From an uncultured Eubacteriales bacterium (GTDB lineage: Bacteria > Acidobacteriota > Aminicenantia > Aminicenantales > Aminicenantaceae), in contig CAYOSH010000009.1 of the NCBI GenBank assembly GCA_964406575.1, forward strand, positions 35,014-99,013: 64,000 nucleotides of DNA, in the 5' to 3' direction. How positions within the stretch are numbered: position 1 is the first letter of the stretch; each line of letters starts with the position of its first letter. Positions 54,032 to 63,799 of this stretch are shown piece by piece. The translations under genes were made by a program, and so were the position numbers. The notes beneath the pieces are model-generated. The model was not told the origin of the DNA, did not search any database, and worked only from the letters and a program-made list of their open reading frames with translations.

Positions 54032-55414
54032 CTAAGGCTTTTTTTGTAGTTCGATCCAGCCTCTCATGCCATTTTTAAGCTTTCTGGTGAGTAAAATGAG
54101 TGTATTGAACAGTAGTGAAATTTGCAATTTAAGATCGAGAGAAGTTTTAAAAATATCACGATAGGATATATTTCCTGTGAACATATTCCAGAGGATCAGT
54201 CTGATTTTTTGGGGAGGGCCTGCCTGGTTTTGTTTTTTCGCCAGGGCTAAGTGAGATTGGGTGAGGAGAGGAATAGATGAGATGAAATCATTGACAAGAA
54301 AAAGAATTCGTCCATATGTGTTGTCATGAATAATCTGCTTTTTTGCCTGTTTGTAATAGTGCTTTTTTATAGAGGAAGCATGCACTCCATAAAATATTGC
54401 GGTTTCTGCGGCCAATCTTGCTGTCAGAAAGGCTGATTCGATGCCGTTCTTGTAGTGTCTTGAGAAACTGGCATCTCCGATCATGATCATCCTGTGAGTG
54501 AATGGTTTTTTTGATGGAGAAACAGTTATCTTTGGATAACAAGAACAGTGGGGCTTGAGTGCGGGGATTTTTCCCTTTATATCTTGGAGATTGAGGAATT
54601 CTTGGAATATGTCTTTTGTAGCATCTTTTTTCCCAATCAGTGTGACTGTAACGAAGTCTTCCTTGGGGATCACTGTCGCATAACGAATGATGTTTTTATT
54701 GGGCATATAAACATGAATAGTGTTCCCGAAGTTTTCTAGGATTCTTTCTCTGCCAATTTTGAGCTCGGCTTGGTAAGTAGAAAGCGTAGATGGCACCCTG
54801 TATCCGAAGCCCAAATCTTTGATCCTATTCATCAGATGAGCATTTACGCCAAAAGCGCCGACAATAAGTTCCGCTTTAAACTCACGAGGATTATCTTTTT
54901 CTCCAAAGACAAGTGTTAATGGCTGAGATATGTCTTTGGGAAATTTGATATCCCATACAGGGGCAGAAATGACCTCTGCCCCCGAGTCCTGAGCCCAGCT
55001 CAGGAGAAAATCGTCGAAGCTTATGATTTCTGGAAATGTCGAATAGCGTGGTCCGTTTCCTCTGAATACAGTTGCAATGGCATTTTTCTCATTCTCTGCA
55101 CTAGTAAGAAGCAGGCTTTCACCGTCCACATGCAAAGTGTATCCTTCAATCCGGCTGATTATTCTTTTTTCTGGAAGATGAATACCTTCATTTTTCAGCT
55201 TCAGATTCAAGCTCTCTGCTATAACCCCAGCACAAAGATTGCATCCCCGCGGACCCTTTTGTAAGAAATCTTTTCCGTCAAAAATAGTGGTCGAAACCTG
55301 GATTCCTTTTTCCTGGGCGAATTTGTGGATGAAGTGAGCAAAAAAAGATCCCGCCGGACCCCCACCGATGATGGCAATCTTCGAATCCTTTCCAAGTTTG
55401 AGTTGCTCTCTCAT
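54032..55414 (-). CDS. FAD-dependent oxidoreductase (paralogue-like to 49991..51274) with a ~100-aa hydrophobic/basic C-terminal extension
   Basis: IAIIGGGPAGSFFA; ...MIGDASFSRHYKNGIES. Same domain order as the gene at 49991. Confidence 0.7.
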   Translation of the reverse strand: MREQLKLGKDSKIAIIGGGPAGSFFAHFIHKFAQEKGIQVSTTIFDGKDFLQKGPRGCNLCAGVIAESLNLKLKNEGIHLPEKRIISRIEGYTLHVDGESLLLTSAENEKNAIATVFRGNGPRYSTFPEIISFDDFLLSWAQDSGAEVISAPVWDIKFPKDISQPLTLVFGEKDNPREFKAELIVGAFGVNAHLMNRIKDLGFGYRVPSTLSTYQAELKIGRERILENFGNTIHVYMPNKNIIRYATVIPKEDFVTVTLIGKKDATKDIFQEFLNLQDIKGKIPALKPHCSCYPKITVSPSKKPFTHRMIMIGDASFSRHYKNGIESAFLTARLAAETAIFYGVHASSIKKHYYKQAKKQIIHDNTYGRILFLVNDFISSIPLLTQSHLALAKKQNQAGPPQKIRLILWNMFTGNISYRDIFKTSLDLKLQISLLFNTLILLTRKLKNGMRGWIELQKKP

Positions 55415-55773
55415 ACCATTTAGATAGCAGGAGTATTTTTAGTTTTTAGTCATATAAATGTGACTGTTGCATCAATCAATAGTTGACAAATATTATAGTT
55501 ACTATTATATCTATAAAAGATATTAATTCAATATAGAATATTGTTCCTTTGATTGAGGAAGCATTCAAACGATTTGAAGCGATTTGGAATTTTAAGGATT
55601 TCACTGATCCAAATTGGAAAATGGGATTCAACTCCACTTATTGCCACCTATCGCCCTCAGTTGACATCAGGTTATATTAATTTTATAGTATTTGTAATCT
55701 TAAATCTTATAGAATTTATTGCATTCTAAATTCTAAAAGAAGAATAACTTCCCCTATAAAGGAGGCTTGTGTA

Positions 55774-56187
55774 ATGAAAATGAGCAAATCTGGAGCTAAG
55801 ATCTTGGTCATCGATGACGATCCTGATTTCAGGAAAGTAATCTCACTGATGTTAGAATCTAAATCTTACGGTGTTGTTACTGCCAATAATCCCAAGGAAG
55901 CCAAGAAGATCCTTATGACAGAGAAGCCCGACTTAATTCTTCTTGACATTATGATGGATTCTATTTTTGACGGGTATTCTTTGTGTAACGAAATTAAAAC
56001 GTCCGAAGAATATCAAGAATTAAAAGACACTCCGATTATTTTTGTTTCTGCCGTGAAAGAAAAAGCCGGCTCCAGATTAACTTTTGATACAAGTGAACAT
56101 GGCCTTGTGGGACCGGATGACTACATTGACAAACCAGTCAATCCCGAGGACTTGTATATGCGGATCGAAAAATTGCTCAATAGATAA
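55774..56187 (+). CDS. stand-alone response regulator receiver
   Basis: AKILVIDDDPDFRKV...LILLDIMMDS...IDKP. RBS AAAGGAGG. Confidence 0.85.
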   Translation: MKMSKSGAKILVIDDDPDFRKVISLMLESKSYGVVTANNPKEAKKILMTEKPDLILLDIMMDSIFDGYSLCNEIKTSEEYQELKDTPIIFVSAVKEKAGSRLTFDTSEHGLVGPDDYIDKPVNPEDLYMRIEKLLNR

Positions 56188-56406
56188 CCGGATAAATACT
56201 TAATGTATAAAGTTTTATATTGGATAAATCATAGATTTAAATTATGTGTGTCGTTTCCCAATTTAGAATTATTATCAAAGATGTGCCTCTTAGATAAACC
56301 ATCGAGAAAATAGAATCGGCGTGTGAATCAAAATTTAGAGCAAATCTCATCGAATTGCGCGAAGGATAACATTTTCGTTTGAGGAGTGGTTCAAACGGGA
56401 ATCATT

Positions 56407-58011
56407 ATGCTACGAAAAAGCTTAGCTTTAAAAATTATTTTTGTACTAGCAACGGTTCTCGTACTGACGATAGGAATTTTTGCATTCATAAACATAAATC
56501 TGCAGAGAAAACATCTCATTGAGGGAATGCGACGAAATGCAATCCGACTGAGCGAGACTATAGAGAAAAGCATCAAGTATGATATGCTGACGGCCCGGAG
56601 TGATTATGTGCAGAGAACCATAGAGGACATAGGAAAGCAAGAAGGAATTGAAAATGTTAGGATATTCGATAAAGAAGGAGAAATCATTATCGCTGATTCT
56701 ATAGAAGAAATTGGCGATATTATCGATAAAAAAGCAGAGGCGTGTTACATTTGTCATAGTGAGAAGGAACCTCTGAAAAGACTCTCTACCCAAGAAAGGA
56801 CCAGGATTTTTAAATCAGAGGGAGGGAATAGAGTCCTTGGCGTAATCAATCCGATCTACAATGAGCCCGATTGTGCCAATAATGCCTGTCATTTTCATCC
56901 CAGGGAACAAAATGTTCTGGGAGTAATGGATATTCTAATATCTTTAGCTCCCCTAGACGAACAGATAGGGATGGGCCGCAGACAAATCTTAATCTACTTT
57001 ATATTTTCATTCTTTTTTATTTCGATAAGCATCAGCCTTGTAATTTATATATTCGTGAATACCCCTATTCATAAATTGATGGAGGGCACCCAAAAAATAG
57101 CGCAAGGGGATCTCGATTATCGAATCGGAAGCCATCATTCTGATGAGATAGGAGAGCTTGGCAAATCTTTCGATGAGATGACCGCAAAATTACAAAAATC
57201 CCGGGAGGAAATCGAGCAGTGGAATGTGAAGCTAAAAAATGAAATAAAAAAGGCAACCGAAAAACTCAAACAAACCAATGATGAGTTAAATATGGCAAAT
57301 ACGAAACTTCAAGCACTCGATGATATGAAATCGGATTTTATGAGAAGGATTGAACATGGATCACGGTCCCACCTTTCAGTCGTAAAAAGCTGCCTGAGCC
57401 TGGTTCTGGGAGAACACTATTCTCAACTGAACGATCAGCAGAAGGATTTAATAGAGATGGCCGAACGCAGAAGCTCGACGATGTTAGAGCTGCTTGATGA
57501 TTTTTTGTTGCTGTCTTATCGAAAATCAACCTTAGGGGCTTATCACATGGAGCCTGTGCAGTTATTAGAAATAATCACAAATATCGTTGCTGAGCTTAAA
57601 CCTGAATCTGAAAAGAAAAATGTTGCGATCGATATTCGGATTCCTTCAGATTTTCCTCAACTGTGGGCGGACCGTGAAGGTCTAAATGAGGTATTCTCCA
57701 ATTTGTTGAACAATGCTGTGAAATATAATGGAGAGAATGGTGCGATCAAAGTATCTGCCAAACAAAAAGACGATTTTATTGAGATAAATGTGGCAGATAC
57801 CGGTATAGGTATTGCTTCTGAAGATTGTCCTAAGATTTTTGATGAATTTTATCGGTCTGCCAATGCAAAATTATACAAAATAGAGGGGACTGGACTTGGA
57901 TTGGCAATTGTGAAAGAGATTGTTGAGGCCCACGATGGTTGTATTTCAGTCCAAAGTGAGCTCGGGAAAGGATGCAAATTTACAGTATTATTTCCAAAAA
58001 GGCGCTTATAA
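56407..58011 (+). CDS. sensor histidine kinase: TM - periplasmic domain with CXXCH and CX4CH motifs - TM - HAMP - HisKA - HATPase_c
   Basis: TM1 LALKIIFVLATVLVLTIGIFAF. The periplasmic stretch holds CYICH (56743-56757) and CANNACH (56872-56892). TM2 ILIYFIFSFFFISISISLVIYIF. HAMP (..DEIGELGKSFDEM). The H-box region is FMRRIEHGSRSHL, and G-boxes are DTGIGI and GTGLGLAIV. Start is ATG 56407 or GTG 56386. Confidence 0.85.
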   Translation: MLRKSLALKIIFVLATVLVLTIGIFAFININLQRKHLIEGMRRNAIRLSETIEKSIKYDMLTARSDYVQRTIEDIGKQEGIENVRIFDKEGEIIIADSIEEIGDIIDKKAEACYICHSEKEPLKRLSTQERTRIFKSEGGNRVLGVINPIYNEPDCANNACHFHPREQNVLGVMDILISLAPLDEQIGMGRRQILIYFIFSFFFISISISLVIYIFVNTPIHKLMEGTQKIAQGDLDYRIGSHHSDEIGELGKSFDEMTAKLQKSREEIEQWNVKLKNEIKKATEKLKQTNDELNMANTKLQALDDMKSDFMRRIEHGSRSHLSVVKSCLSLVLGEHYSQLNDQQKDLIEMAERRSSTMLELLDDFLLLSYRKSTLGAYHMEPVQLLEIITNIVAELKPESEKKNVAIDIRIPSDFPQLWADREGLNEVFSNLLNNAVKYNGENGAIKVSAKQKDDFIEINVADTGIGIASEDCPKIFDEFYRSANAKLYKIEGTGLGLAIVKEIVEAHDGCISVQSELGKGCKFTVLFPKRRL

Positions 58012-58252
58012 TGGCCATGTTGTTTTTTCTTTTGCATATCAAAAAAGCCTCTGCGCCAGCCATGTGTGTTCGATAGCCTCGTCAAAAGGATTCGATTTAT
58101 CAGCCAGGCATTTATTCCAGGCTTCCGCAAGGAGCTGTATGGCCGCAAGTGACATATCATCGGTTTCTCTTATGGATAAAAAGTTGACTTCGATGATAAA
58201 ATAAGTAAATTTATTAGAAAAGAATAGAATGTACTGGATTTGGAGATTTCTC

Positions 58253-60166
58253 ATGTTTAAAAATTCTCATGGAAACAGGATGTCTTTGTCTGTCATTATG
58301 CTAGTTTTTCTGTGTGTGTTTCTTATCTCCTTCGCTGCTGCCCAAGAGGAGGAGGAATACGAAAAAATAAGTAGTGGAGACTGTATCGAATGCCATGAAA
58401 CAAGCAAGCATGAGACCAAGATTGCAGATGATATTTCCCATTCCATCCATGCTAGTCTGGAATGTCTGGATTGTCATGCAGATAAGAACACTTCACCGCA
58501 CAAAGAGGTTTCAGGCTTCAATGTGGGGTGTGAAGGCTGTCGGGCATGCCATGAAAAGCAGAGCGAAGAGTATATCGCCCATGGACGTAAAGAGTACAAA
58601 GAATGTGTAGACGCCCCATCGTGTGCCGACTGTCATGGTGATCACGATGTTCTGCCCTCTTCAGTCAAACTTTCAAGGACTCATCCAGCTAATCTTCCCG
58701 CTACATGCGGGAAATGCCACGAGGATCTGAACCTGACAAAGAAGTACGAAATTCTGATCGATCATCCCATCGAGATCTATGAGGCCAGCGTCCATGGCCG
58801 GGCGACTAAAGGAGGAATATATGTCGCGGCCACTTGTAACGACTGCCATTCCACGGGTGGAACTTCGCATAAGATCTTGTCGCCTGGATATCCGGAGTCT
58901 TCCATCAATCATTTCAATATCCCCAAAACTTGCGGCAAGTGTCATAAGGGTGTGGAGCAAGATTATTGGGATGGTATCCATGGTCAGTTAGTAAAGCGGG
59001 GTGAATCAGATGCTCCTGTCTGCACGCACTGTCATGGGGAACATGGCATCATTTCTCCCGATGATCCGAACTCGCCGGTGTCAAAAGCACGTGTTGCGGA
59101 AGCCACCTGTTCTCCGTGTCATGAATCCATTACGCTCACAGAAAAGTACGGACTGCAGACCGGACGTCTGACGTCATTTATCGATAGCTACCATGGTTTA
59201 AAGAGCAAGGCGGGAGACCTTCATGTAGCCAATTGTGCATCCTGTCACGGTGTTCATCGGATCCTTCCCAGCTCAGATCCCACGTCCACGATATATCCAG
59301 GCAATTTGAGAGCCACCTGCGGAGAATGTCATCCTGGAATCTCTGCGGCTTTGGCGGCGAGTCCGATACACGATATTAGCGGAAGAGGGCTCCAGACCAA
59401 AGCTGCAGAGATCGTCAAGAATGTCTATATCGCGGCGATCATTATCATTATCGGATTAATGGTTCTCCACTGGCTGATCGATCTTATCCGGCAGATTGTT
59501 CTCGTGATGAAAAGGCCTCAGGTCCGAAGAATGAGGATTGGAGAAGTATGGCAACACACACTGCTCATGATCAGCTTCATCGCGCTTGTGATCTCTGGAT
59601 TTGCCTTGAGATTCAGTAATTCGTGGTTGACACAGATCTTTTTCGGCTGGGAAAGAGGCTTTGAATTAAGAGGACAGATCCACAGGGGCGCAGCCGTTGT
59701 TATGATTTTTGTCACAGTGTGGCACATTATTTACCTGTTCACCCGAAGAGGACGGGTGTTTTTCAGGGATATGATGCCCAAAATGTCTGATTTTAGAGAA
59801 TTTGTCCAGCGAATTCTGTTCAACCTCGGCAGGTCCAAGGAAACTCCCCGGTTCAAACGGTTTAGTTATATCGAGAAAGCCGAGTACTGGGCACTCATAT
59901 GGGGTACAGTGGTCATGATTTTTACAGGACTTTTCCTTTGGTTTGACAATTTTATCGTCCAGATCCTGCCCAAAGGCTTTTTAGATATCACGCTGGTGAT
60001 TCATTATTATGAGGCCATTTTGGCAACATTGGCCATTTTTATCTGGCATTTGTACTCCACAGTGTTTAATCCTGTGGTCTATCCTATGAATCCTTCATGG
60101 CTGACAGGGAAGATGCCCAAAGACATGTACGAACATGAACATTCGGATGCGCCAATAGAGGAATAG
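58253..60166 (+). CDS. 11-heme c-type cytochrome fused to a C-terminal FdnI/HydC-like membrane cytochrome b domain (CbcL-like)
   Basis: Signal peptide, then 11 CXXCH motifs (hand count: CIECH, CLDCH, CRACH, CADCH, CGKCH, CNDCH, CGKCH, CTHCH, CSPCH, CASCH, CGECH). About 5 TM helices follow, with conserved His (WQHTLLMISF, IHRGAAVVMIFVTVWH, VIHYYEA...IWH). The ATG at 58253, behind GGAG, is preferred. Confidence 0.85.
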   Translation: MFKNSHGNRMSLSVIMLVFLCVFLISFAAAQEEEEYEKISSGDCIECHETSKHETKIADDISHSIHASLECLDCHADKNTSPHKEVSGFNVGCEGCRACHEKQSEEYIAHGRKEYKECVDAPSCADCHGDHDVLPSSVKLSRTHPANLPATCGKCHEDLNLTKKYEILIDHPIEIYEASVHGRATKGGIYVAATCNDCHSTGGTSHKILSPGYPESSINHFNIPKTCGKCHKGVEQDYWDGIHGQLVKRGESDAPVCTHCHGEHGIISPDDPNSPVSKARVAEATCSPCHESITLTEKYGLQTGRLTSFIDSYHGLKSKAGDLHVANCASCHGVHRILPSSDPTSTIYPGNLRATCGECHPGISAALAASPIHDISGRGLQTKAAEIVKNVYIAAIIIIIGLMVLHWLIDLIRQIVLVMKRPQVRRMRIGEVWQHTLLMISFIALVISGFALRFSNSWLTQIFFGWERGFELRGQIHRGAAVVMIFVTVWHIIYLFTRRGRVFFRDMMPKMSDFREFVQRILFNLGRSKETPRFKRFSYIEKAEYWALIWGTVVMIFTGLFLWFDNFIVQILPKGFLDITLVIHYYEAILATLAIFIWHLYSTVFNPVVYPMNPSWLTGKMPKDMYEHEHSDAPIEE

Positions 60167-60183
60167 GCAAGGCGAATCTCAGA

Positions 60184-62958
60184 TTATTTGTATCCCAAAA
60201 GCATGCTGTAGATGATCAGGACGATCAGGCTGATTCCGATCGCAAGGAAAGTATAACCGAAAATCTTAACCAGCATCATTTTTTTTGGGGATATTTCTTT
60301 GAGGACGACATCTTTTTTGAGCCTGCCCGATTCCTTCAAGTATTTGTACTCCTCTGGTCGATCTTCCTTATATTCGTCGAGGGGGACCACACCCGTGAAG
60401 ATGACAGGATCAAGAGGGAAAGATTCCGGACGCAAATGCGTGTTGAAGAAATGGATCGTAAAAATAAAGCCGACAGCCAGCAAGGCCTCATCGCTGTGGA
60501 TGATCATGGCCACATTGATGAACCAGCCAGGTAAAAGTTTTGTAAAGAATTCTGGAAACCACAAAATCAATCCGGAAAACCCGATGACTCCAACTCCCCA
60601 GAAGACAGCCATGTAATCGAATTTCTCCCAGTATGTCCAGCGCCCGTATGCTGGTCGAGGGCCCAAACCTAGGAACCACTTTATAGAGCCGATAAAGTCT
60701 TGGAGATCTTTTTTGTTAAACCAGAGAGCTCTGCCTCCGAAGAGCAGCTGACGGATAGTGGCCTTCGTTCTGATCTTTAGTCTGATCATAGAGTAAATGT
60801 GAGCGAAGAAGTATCCGAAAGTGATTGCAGCAGAAAATCTATGGATACGCCCAGCCGCCTCTACTCCACCAAGCATATCGGCGAGAAATCTTGCCCAGGG
60901 CATGCTCGCAAACTTGAGCATCATTCCTGTCAGCGCCAATCCCATAAAACTCAGAATAACAAAGATATGCATGATCCTGTGTTCTGTGGTGAATCGCTGG
61001 ATGTAATACCTCTTGTGGATTTTTTCTGCTTTTCTTTTTTCTTTGAGATGTTTGTAAGAACGGGGCATCCACAATAGGGTGTGAACACCGAAAAAGCTGA
61101 AGACGACAATGAGCAAACCGGTCATAGCCCAGAAAGTAAAATACAGAATTGGATATTTCTTTTTATCGTGATGAGTGGCATGCGTAAGGTAGCCCGTAAA
61201 TCGTCGATTGGCATCTGGGTGGCATTTCTGGCAGGTTTCTATTTCCTTGTTGAATCCCACATGGGAATCCGGGTCATCGACTTTAGTGATGTCATGGGCC
61301 CCATGACAGTCTGAACACCTGGCCGCTTTTAGATATCCCAGAGTGTAAGCCTTTCCGTGGATGGTCTCTGTGTATGTTTTGGCCAGGTCTGCATGACACG
61401 ATCCACATTGAAGGGTGACTTCGGCCATAAACTGATCCAGGTGGATGTCTTTGATTTTATGGGCGGAATGGCAGTCTTCGCAGTTGGGAAGTTTCTCGTT
61501 TGTTTTTGAGACAGTCGGACTGTGGATGCTGTTTACGAATTCTTTGTAGATTCCCTCATGGCATGTGGCACAAGTTGAGGGAAGGTTTTTATGGTTAATT
61601 GATGACCGCTCATCATCAGGTTTCAGTATAAAGTGCGTGCTGTGACAGTCTGTACAGACCGCGCTGGGCAGCAAGCCTTTCTTTATCAGCCCCTGCCCAT
61701 GCACACTGTTTGAATAATCGACGAGAACAGTGCCTTGATCGGTCTTTATGGTGGCCGGACGGCTCAGCTTGCTATGGCAATCTCCGCAGAGTTCTGGGAT
61801 TTTCGACCGGTATGTTTTCGCCAGTTCATTCAGATGGGATAGGACCTTATGTTTCCCGTGGCAGTCCGTGCAATAGGGAGAATCCGGATTCTTCTCAAAA
61901 TAGGCCTGTCCATGACCGCTCTCAAAATAATCTTCGGCGATCTGGGCGTGACAATTAGAGCAATCGACCCGGCCCGCAGTCTCGCAGGGACGATGTCTCT
62001 GCGGGTCGATATCCGCGTGGCACTTCACGCAGGGGATGTTTCTGTGTGCAGATTCTTGAATGTCATCCTTTTTTACAGTGAGGGAAACCGGCTGGTTCTC
62101 GACAGTTTTTATGATGTCCTCTTGTTCATGGCACTTCAGGCATTCCCGGTCTGAGGTTCTCAGAACCAAGCTTGTTCGTCTTATGGTGTGGGGTTGGTGA
62201 CAATCTGTACAAGCGGGAATGGCTCCCGGTTCCTGTTCCCAGAGTTCGCCCTTGATGATCTTGATGTGCACTTCTTCGATCCGGGCATGACATTTTGTAC
62301 AAGTTGCAGCAATATTGCGGGCGGACACTGTGGATCTGGAATTCGTATGGGGGAGAATGAGATGGTTTCCATGGCAATCATTGCAGGTGGCTGTGACGAT
62401 GAGGCCCTGTTTGAACAGCCCCTCTCCATGAATGCTCTGAGAGTAATTTGTCAAAATGTCGTGTTCTGCAATGTTATAAACTCGTGCTACAGGAGCTCCC
62501 TCTCGGTGACATTTGCCACAGAGAACCGGGATATTCATTTTGTATGTCCGGGATCTGATATCGCTCCGGGGAAATATGTCATGATCGCCATGGCACTCTT
62601 TACAGGTCGGGGCGTAAGGGGCACCCCTTCTCAAGGCACTTCCGTGGATACCGGCATAAAATTCTGCATCGGCGACGTCATGACAGATCCCACAATTGAC
62701 ATTTTCCAGTTGTTCTGGATGTGGAAAATCCTTGACATCGGCATCCTGGTGACAGTCGATACAATCCAGGTTTTTATGAACCGACTCTGCAAATCTCTTA
62801 AAATCCACGTAAAGAGAGACTGTCCGTCCCCTTCTCTCTGTCGTCAACTCTCGGTCGGAATGGCAGGCTTCGCAGTCTTCTTTGCTCTGAGATCGCACGG
62901 GCCAAGGGAAAAGAACAAAACCCAGAATGATGAACACGATTGTTTTTTTTACAGTCAT
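60184..62958 (-). CDS. 19-heme c-type cytochrome fused to a C-terminal FdnI/HydC-like membrane cytochrome b domain
   Basis: 924 aa. Signal peptide MTVKKTIVFIILGFVLFPWPVRSQ. 19 CXXCH motifs by hand count. The C-terminal ~330 aa has about 5-6 TM helices and His-containing motifs (EHRIMHIFVILSF, RIHRFSAAITFGYFFAH, IIHSDEA...FTIH). Confidence 0.85.
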   Translation of the reverse strand: MTVKKTIVFIILGFVLFPWPVRSQSKEDCEACHSDRELTTERRGRTVSLYVDFKRFAESVHKNLDCIDCHQDADVKDFPHPEQLENVNCGICHDVADAEFYAGIHGSALRRGAPYAPTCKECHGDHDIFPRSDIRSRTYKMNIPVLCGKCHREGAPVARVYNIAEHDILTNYSQSIHGEGLFKQGLIVTATCNDCHGNHLILPHTNSRSTVSARNIAATCTKCHARIEEVHIKIIKGELWEQEPGAIPACTDCHQPHTIRRTSLVLRTSDRECLKCHEQEDIIKTVENQPVSLTVKKDDIQESAHRNIPCVKCHADIDPQRHRPCETAGRVDCSNCHAQIAEDYFESGHGQAYFEKNPDSPYCTDCHGKHKVLSHLNELAKTYRSKIPELCGDCHSKLSRPATIKTDQGTVLVDYSNSVHGQGLIKKGLLPSAVCTDCHSTHFILKPDDERSSINHKNLPSTCATCHEGIYKEFVNSIHSPTVSKTNEKLPNCEDCHSAHKIKDIHLDQFMAEVTLQCGSCHADLAKTYTETIHGKAYTLGYLKAARCSDCHGAHDITKVDDPDSHVGFNKEIETCQKCHPDANRRFTGYLTHATHHDKKKYPILYFTFWAMTGLLIVVFSFFGVHTLLWMPRSYKHLKEKRKAEKIHKRYYIQRFTTEHRIMHIFVILSFMGLALTGMMLKFASMPWARFLADMLGGVEAAGRIHRFSAAITFGYFFAHIYSMIRLKIRTKATIRQLLFGGRALWFNKKDLQDFIGSIKWFLGLGPRPAYGRWTYWEKFDYMAVFWGVGVIGFSGLILWFPEFFTKLLPGWFINVAMIIHSDEALLAVGFIFTIHFFNTHLRPESFPLDPVIFTGVVPLDEYKEDRPEEYKYLKESGRLKKDVVLKEISPKKMMLVKIFGYTFLAIGISLIVLIIYSMLLGYK

Positions 62959-63076
62959 GAATGAAACTCTCAGCCCATGAATATAAGAATAGCACCCATC
63001 TTTTTTGGGGAAAAGTGGGACCGTAAACTATGGTCTTTTTCAGTCTCAGGTCGCAAATATAAGTGAATTCAAACCG

Positions 63077-63595
63077 TTATTGCTTTTCAGGTACGGGATG
63101 CTTGACTTTTTCCCATGCTGTGTCAAAGTCGAAGGGCTTGTCGTGGGGATTTTCATGACAGGAAAGGCACTGCGCTTTTATGGCCTCGGCTGAACCGTAT
63201 AGTATCAAACCGTTCTTCACAGCTTCGGCTTGGTCCTTCATGATGCTCATCTTTTTATATTCGCTTCCCGGTCCGTGACAAACTTCGCATGTCACTCCCT
63301 CTTCTTTAAGCTCGGGTGCTTTTTGGGCAAGGGGAGCATGGCATTTTAAGCATTTTTCGTTCTCGGGAGCATCCGCAGCTAGTGCCTTCGCATCTTCCGA
63401 GATGAGAGCTGAAAACGATTTAGAATGTTTCGTGGCCTCCCAGAGGGGATATTGCTGACCCTGTTTTTCACTCTTGTGGCATATTTTGCACTTAGCGGCA
63501 CCCACATAAGTGAAATCCTGACTGAAAAGCATAAAAGGAACAATGATAAGTAAAATGCCGATTAAAAGGACTGTCTTTTTCAACTCATCCTCCAT
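63077..63595 (-). CDS. periplasmic tetraheme c-type cytochrome (cytochrome c554-like family)
   Basis: Signal/anchor, then CKICH, CLKCH, CEVCH and CLSCH; 172 aa. Confidence 0.8.
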   Translation of the reverse strand: MEDELKKTVLLIGILLIIVPFMLFSQDFTYVGAAKCKICHKSEKQGQQYPLWEATKHSKSFSALISEDAKALAADAPENEKCLKCHAPLAQKAPELKEEGVTCEVCHGPGSEYKKMSIMKDQAEAVKNGLILYGSAEAIKAQCLSCHENPHDKPFDFDTAWEKVKHPVPEKQ

Positions 63596-63714
63596 TGTTG
63601 AGATAGAATTATTTCGGATTTTATTATTATAGCAAAATGTGTGCCAAAATAAAGAGGATATTAATTTGCAGTGATCAAAGAAGTTGCGAGCGATAGCAGC
63701 AGGATTTTTTAATG

Positions 63715-63764
63715 GGGTGAAATAGTGGATGGGTCATATCACCCATACGCGGGGAATTTCACCC
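63715..63764. repeat. nested inverted repeats (potential structured RNA or protein-binding site)
   Basis: Outer arms are GGGTGAAAT (63715-63723) and ATTTCACCC (63756-63764). Inner arms are ATGGGT (63729-63734) and ACCCAT (63741-63746). Confidence 0.5.
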
Positions 63765-63799
63765 AGGAGATTTATGGATAGATTTCGATAATTTCTTTT

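Noticed and set aside
58039-58254. A 71-aa minus-strand ORF between the kinase and the 11-heme cytochrome gene.
   Set aside because: Its N-terminal half is AT-rich low complexity that overlaps the cytochrome promoter and start region. It has no RBS and no family. The short C-terminal part (MSLAAIQLLAEAWNKCLADKSNPFDEAIEHTWLAQ) is not assignable.
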